64,000 nt of DNA from Patescibacteria group bacterium. Lineage in GTDB: Bacteria; Patescibacteriota; JAHJAL01. The stretch's first letter is position 1. Each line of letters opens with the position of its first letter. The stretch is taken from contig JBMORM010000009.1 of assembly GCA_049322675.1 (NCBI GenBank), forward strand, positions 158,132 through 222,131. Reading direction: 5' to 3'. The position numbers and the translations under genes were made by a program. The notes under the pieces are model-generated. The model made no database searches and was not told the origin of the DNA. It saw nothing but the letters and a program-made list of their open reading frames with translations. This document shows, one piece after another, positions 62,601-64,000 of this stretch.

Positions 62601-64000
62601 AAATATTTCGAAGGAAATATCAGCGGTGTATTTTTGACAAATAATGTTTTGACAAAAAACCAAATCAATAAAATGTATCAAGTCGGTTTGGGAGCTTTAA
62701 ATGACAACGCCGATGATTTGAATAAGATTGGCGGAACCAGCAATGATATCCGAGCAGTAGCGTTGGATGACGACAATTATCGCGCGTTTTTGGGAACCGC
62801 CACCGGTCTGAGCGAAATCGATTTATTGAAGGACAGTCGCACTCAATATTGGAATATCACTACCAGTCCGGCTTTGCCAAATAATTATGTAAAAACGATC
62901 AGTTATGGCAGTAATCGAATTTTGGTGGGGACAAATTCGGGAGTGATAAACATAAGAACTGATGGCAGCTACACTTCATCAGACACTTTGGGCAAATTGC
63001 AATCCGGAAAGGGCCGAGATGTGTTCACGGATGGTGCTTACAATTATTACGTTAGCGACAAAGGTTTGGATATCGTCAAATTGAGCGATATGTCGAGAAA
63101 GGGATATGTGACCAGAGAAGATGGTTTCAATAGCGTCGTCGCTTTTGGCGGAATGGTATATATGGGAAGCGAAGTTGGCGTTTGGAAAGCAAATATTACC
63201 AACGTGGTGGACGAATACGATCTTACTTCTGCCGCTTATACCAATCTATCCGTACCACAATTGATTTCAAATAATGTTTATGATGTTCATGGCCGAATTA
63301 TCGGCGGTAAACAATATCTTGTGGTAGGTACGGACAATGGCGCTCAATTGATTGGCGATATTGACGGGGAAATAAAATATACCGTTTTCAGAAATAATGA
63401 AAATGACGATATTACTAAAGTTTGGTTAAATGAAGACGGTGATCTGGCATATTACAATGCGACAGACAAGACGGTTTGCGTCTATAACAACGCGATCGAC
63501 TCGGAATTATACTATATGCAATTGGGAACAAGTTCATATACCCGACGTTACGATTTGAGTACAACCCCAAGATTGATTGATAATGTGGTCAACGATTTGG
63601 TATATATGGCCAATACTTCGACCGCACAAGCCGGAGGTAACACTTTGTATATTGGAACAAAGAGCGGCACGACGGTTATTCAGGAACATAGCACGATGGC
63701 CAGCAGCACAGTCAAACATTTGGTCAGCGGCGCAATAAACGATGATAGAACCGGTATCTTGTTGCCGTTTGCCGATCACAATTTGGCCCCCGCTACCGTG
63801 GACAACGCCGTATATAATTCGGTTAATCAATTTGATAGCGGACGACAAAAATTTAATTTCGCAAACGATAGAGATATTGCAGCTTTTTGGGATTTTGATC
63901 AAACTATGCCGGGCGGAGTGGCCGATCGAAGCGGAAATAATAACAACGGTTATTTTGGATCGGATACTGGTTTGGCTGGCGGTAAAATCGGTCAGGGATT
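50679..64000 (+). CDS. Giant secreted surface protein (>4,440 aa, 3' end outside the window) with multiple LamG and DUF2341 domains
   Basis: ATG at 50679 with a signal peptide (MQKFLKKGIAIITFVSLVIQ). Spot translations stay in one frame to 64000, and no stop-terminated ORF is listed in that frame. Recurrent GLW.FDEG/F.G..DY/W.HV..TYDG/IDEVRIY (LamG) and DG.DIRF/YWIE.W/WVK.P/YYGN (DUF2341). Confidence 0.9.
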   Translation, partial: MQKFLKKGIAIITFVSLVIQTCGGANALELKILDPKIEGSFPDWGNLGEVTDLNKTYSDLVTDRIRAVKEQNDIGINEDISEKEKDDIIANVGKTSEETLSVPIEEVDTKWKKRMMLDGLQNVDEKIIEGLKKSQIIDTFIDSENNQETIANPTLEDQGENLTTKATAAEIVLGKDAELEKKISFSGVVNGEEKLYEVGYRPLSADQVEANVIENKAIYENIWKGADVVLTAESDGFKEDIILKERNQVKNIDSSGYQGDGHWIFYYDLNLQGLTAKLDNNQVIYLDENNQEMARVTAPIVIDNVGEVSSRAYWDLISKETWENGYQIDKEKFGQEEILEEDLTKGAESENNLQENDLTSLPDFGDSDLSTAAEVQSNSVWQDTWQSVGKWWKSIFSIFGAGKAQQQGEEENDLSETSQLDQTTAVTPVEQIGLTNQNQEVTENSLTEKDILVLVVDTNNLTYPIDVDPTTYILTQSDFYNTANGKLSSNNVNDVKVYDTTKEPTSNYSYNKEIKSTLAFNNTVGEFDLSAVNKIAYWNLDENSGSIAEDDVTPAANASLVNNPGWTTGKIGRALDFDGNEDYLQINDDNKLSFGGNNALSVWINPENLSLEQGILGKGTSGNWEYYLGTTVNGGLQYTAWQLNGNEYFALTAPSKTLKANEWSQIVITNNDGNEAQLWVNGKLIKKTTSYSGSTGNGTSDLNIGRANNNGEINYFTGKIDNIGLFAENLNEGQIKALYNNGLSKIVGLWSLNGVVSDYSGQNNELSNGGAVFDDNGHNYQAMNFDGADWLNAGNSKSLSSASGFSLETWVKIPVNGVNQKLIEKNNEYSLNICPDGRPVLMINTNYGWSSTAGTGNSCIDSTAPIVTDDVWHNLLGTYDGKILRLYVDGKQTAYYYAPGSIVATTNNLLIGQNTTGSIDEVAAYARPLSSDEAELHFGLGYQSSVSTIINLDNEIGYAEYSQLALDNLQVEQTGVLQIKGIGSNGEAISEKIKLRNGNLQRVLSAKRYKAITELSALNEDGNTSEKSLKISSGKLLAFSPFHDANWRYGITKVNDYVTGLWNFDEGEGNIAEDNSGSNNTAYLAGGQSNNNWLYERNIDISPATTIDDYQLKVEFNPNNFDYIKAQDDGGDIRFFNNNGVELSYWIENWNTSGISNVWVKIPNSGTSSISMKYGNQSATNKSNGENVFDFFDDFSGNTINNDKWVNYDNAGYLSQDGKLITTGGSGAWGSNGLISKTTFLRNNNYELNLDYKPISGNDVMFGWHDSGTGTSYTDLVYAYYSNSANVLIYEDGNNRGTMSGSWVNNTEYKIKVPVKTSGGATYKRSVIRGEIYETNYDSTYSTESPLKIGIANYNKAFEIDNLYVRRYAATESTGTLGGLILSSESLSGQPNWMDSNWAYRTMLRVDSTNNNEDLTDFQIPVNIDSKLLIEATKMQADGDDIRFTDSDGTTGLNYWVESGVDTNSTKLWVKLPTLQAKSNKAIYIYYGNAAATANSSFDNVFTKNYNESGITGLWHMDDGSGTTLTDSSGQGNNGTLVNSPTWQATDGGQWGNQSGVTFGTGSHLLFNGTNNVVQINDNSTLKPSNAITLSAWFNTNNKTLLQRIVSKTESGSYQLSLNDTSCPSSTLCFLVNVAGTYKYASIPTSYINNNQWYFVSGTYDGSLVKLYLNGSLVSENAATGTMTHSITPLCIGGESQAGNCLGGGYFNGYIDEVRIYERALSALDIKSYFERRKSTFIAPNVSIDNVTPTSSLPNWDENGKFGKAISFDGQDDFVQIPSDDSISPTKQMTVGAWIKPMALNGWLYTKAISMYPPTAYDDYQVKVTLNSGNFDYGKAKPDASDLRFSDSRGNQLKYWIEKWDQQGTSLVWIKVAKTGTNKIFMYYGNSDATAETSFDGVFTKNFNENNIVGLWHMDEGSGGTTADISGFNHTATLNNTPTWQGTDGGQWGGRADVKFASGSHLNFNGSNQYLSVPDSDDWDFGTGDFTIDFWINIPSNATSQTIIGNRHTAGANSVWNIEFYSTANRIEWHTQSTVVGNSSATLLTNKWNHVVFTRSSGSSKFYINGTNTNTFSNTYNYNSGQTLYIGKDGSNSTGQLNGYLDEVRVIKGRALSAQEILTQYERRLFFSNEPTTSVAVENTPPPSTNLYSRTIDIDPATTKENYVAKLELTPSNYDYAKSRPDGGDLRFVDDQRNNLNYYIQNWNSGGTSTIFIKIPNTGTSAIKMYYGDKSLINLSNCANTMTLCDDFGDGQFDNDKWSKVRLDDPDWNEGVTETGWFMLKALNGKNLGDGNNTAPMILSNDLGNIDYELTARLKFNPAPFENEQQAGLIIYEDENNYLLADIGNIDGGKAKLAVEDDASMVAFGDNWTIPAVSDLKIVKTGNNYKFYYKDANSSSWIEHSSEIAAEMNKQQIGFTALATAGSTISSYFDHIEIKEISTESNLSLETEQSWTYKRSVGFNPSVPDDDWQVRVDLTSSNFDYGHAKSDGSDLRFFTLDGEKLDYWIEKFNDSGNSVVWVKVPEAGTNEILMYYGNNNAVTESNGERIFEFFDDFNNGVIDSSKWANTTGFTESGGYLSGGNTTNRINTVARFSGDKILETKHFVSTEATNGHMAAGWFNSTTDSFGLRLNPSNTWYIRSDGNWSGSNSFTFMNQWIKAIVSATGSTSKIRLYRESDGVYSNEISYSNSGLSNEPITLGKQYDNANAGQTYVANWDWIFVRKKYTSNAEPTSTLSEEERWLFRKNITLTPATPLADYQVKIELNSGNFDYGSTREDGGDIRFFDSNGSALSYWVERWDKNGTSVIWVKVPTIGTSTIQIVYGNQTAESQSNGENTFDFFDDFDDHSLDADKWSWTRESAGDWNEGYDRPDQLSMTALNGKNLWGTDDSAPILLENNTNFPIAADFELMVSTETDLTQNYEQAGLIVYESDLTHVQAMRGYNDGAKVTFKYEADNSVVAAVDENQTSNYTDLKLRKSGNDYTMYYKNIENAGWTQHGTNISAVINNLKFGLTSYADSGANANSFYDNVRLRKYSTNDPVATVGTQQEASAVVTNNMINKGTQFSLGATDEKVYATMGSQTIEGVIDTDWNHVALTYDGETQKLFVNGQLKQSLEYDLPTWPLDDSDLIIGDQYYGAIDDLLISKRAMSETEIKDWYESGVAYEKKQPTENQLLGESEIDTITSGLIGRWNMNETMGIGVNDSSGHNHHGSAINAKIVEGREGKARNFVADNDYVSIPDSTEFNLSGDYSMSAWINPDNIAMDDRGIMGTYNGSSNGFIFSLGSSTSGNPTLNFWSNGTWNNGPAITMDGTWKHVVFTKQNNVGTFYLDSEAKAVVTAYQINDGGSMQIGAGGTSWASNRFDGRIDDTRIYNRALTPTEVYKLAHEFDPRWTSEQIASQASMIQVSGNQENPQHEVAIKIITPGPAGIATYKTSIDGGMTWSEATYTTSIGTSTVRRDYTNTGVDIDWNFGTDFGSGDVFDIASWYTEPRSASRGISRTFPEVANIVATDKSIEILDKADNSLWMRFTNSADSGYLGGSTTNIGAVDMTYGHLVAGSNTASNSIGLLDIDFSNEKARYYRNNSLPEILTGNIMNRNFGNELMDDNNLILNNTIVNDVAAKMINNDILIAAATEGGLNVINKNIGQIIYGANGANSLKKVALSNNANAVINQTGDANIALSLDNISNYHNDFDLENRNEAYLGTTASGWQSDYQLTNDADTGTVNDLAINDNNWLADEASPQILIGTNTGASLIDTMSNNDGDDTENKRHDGFIKHLNNQYITEGMNGNGLIKGMWLEGDQTETVVSDRSGQANDLTVHGFLGNGTLTNNDWTNGVRGKSLNFDGNNDYLAINDNIDFDFTNNDTVSFGAWVRPKAAAEKYIFAQSDGSATDTSFGLKTKNSGTGINFQGNIGFGSDLSEVDSKEYPLDVWHYVVGVMDGKNQTLSIYIDGQLEEDVTTPAGINNPSNPVTIGWAEGASKYFEGNISGVFLTNNVLTKNQINKMYQVGLGALNDNADDLNKIGGTSNDIRAVALDDDNYRAFLGTATGLSEIDLLKDSRTQYWNITTSPALPNNYVKTISYGSNRILVGTNSGVINIRTDGSYTSSDTLGKLQSGKGRDVFTDGAYNYYVSDKGLDIVKLSDMSRKGYVTREDGFNSVVAFGGMVYMGSEVGVWKANITNVVDEYDLTSAAYTNLSVPQLISNNVYDVHGRIIGGKQYLVVGTDNGAQLIGDIDGEIKYTVFRNNENDDITKVWLNEDGDLAYYNATDKTVCVYNNAIDSELYYMQLGTSSYTRRYDLSTTPRLIDNVVNDLVYMANTSTAQAGGNTLYIGTKSGTTVIQEHSTMASSTVKHLVSGAINDDRTGILLPFADHNLAPATVDNAVYNSVNQFDSGRQKFNFANDRDIAAFWDFDQTMPGGVADRSGNNNNGYFGSDTGLAGGKIGQG

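Noticed and set aside
50835-63902. Many short ORFs over the last 13 kb
   Set aside because: Shadow frames of the giant plus-strand gene
1-64000. Alternative genetic code (TGA=Gly) as in Gracilibacteria/Absconditabacteria
   Set aside because: Long conserved genes are intact in code 11, and several (miaA, mtnN, integrase) end at TGA at the expected position

Overview
Low-GC bacterial chromosome segment using the standard code (TGA is a stop). Its content suggests Patescibacteria/CPR: sparse metabolism, a Cys-rich CPR-type protein, heptamer repeats and a giant LamG/DUF2341 surface protein (lineage is inferred). The housekeeping backbone comprises serS, hpf, uvrA, T-box-regulated thrS, miaB, miaA, mtnN, tRNA-Phe, rpsA, ylxR, pgi/pmi and eno. 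Four accessory structures stand out. (1) A 4.6-kb IS1595 element carrying cargo (4375-8994), with TIRs, a perfect 8-bp TSD and a structured, switch-like leader RNA. (2) An integron-like locus: a 270-aa tyrosine recombinase lacking the IntI-specific insertion sits divergent from a minus-strand gene array. The array is punctuated by branched attC-like palindromes that decay with distance. Its first 3.75-kb cassette is enclosed by ~75-bp inverted repeats and carries a PHP-ATPase plus SRA-like/HNH candidate defence pair. (3) Dispersed palindromic 7-mer repeat elements, plus 7-mer arrays inside miaB and miaA that stay in frame. (4) A >4,440-codon surface-protein ORF running off the window end, with nested LamG and DUF2341 domains. 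All family calls come from motif recognition by eye, not from database searches.
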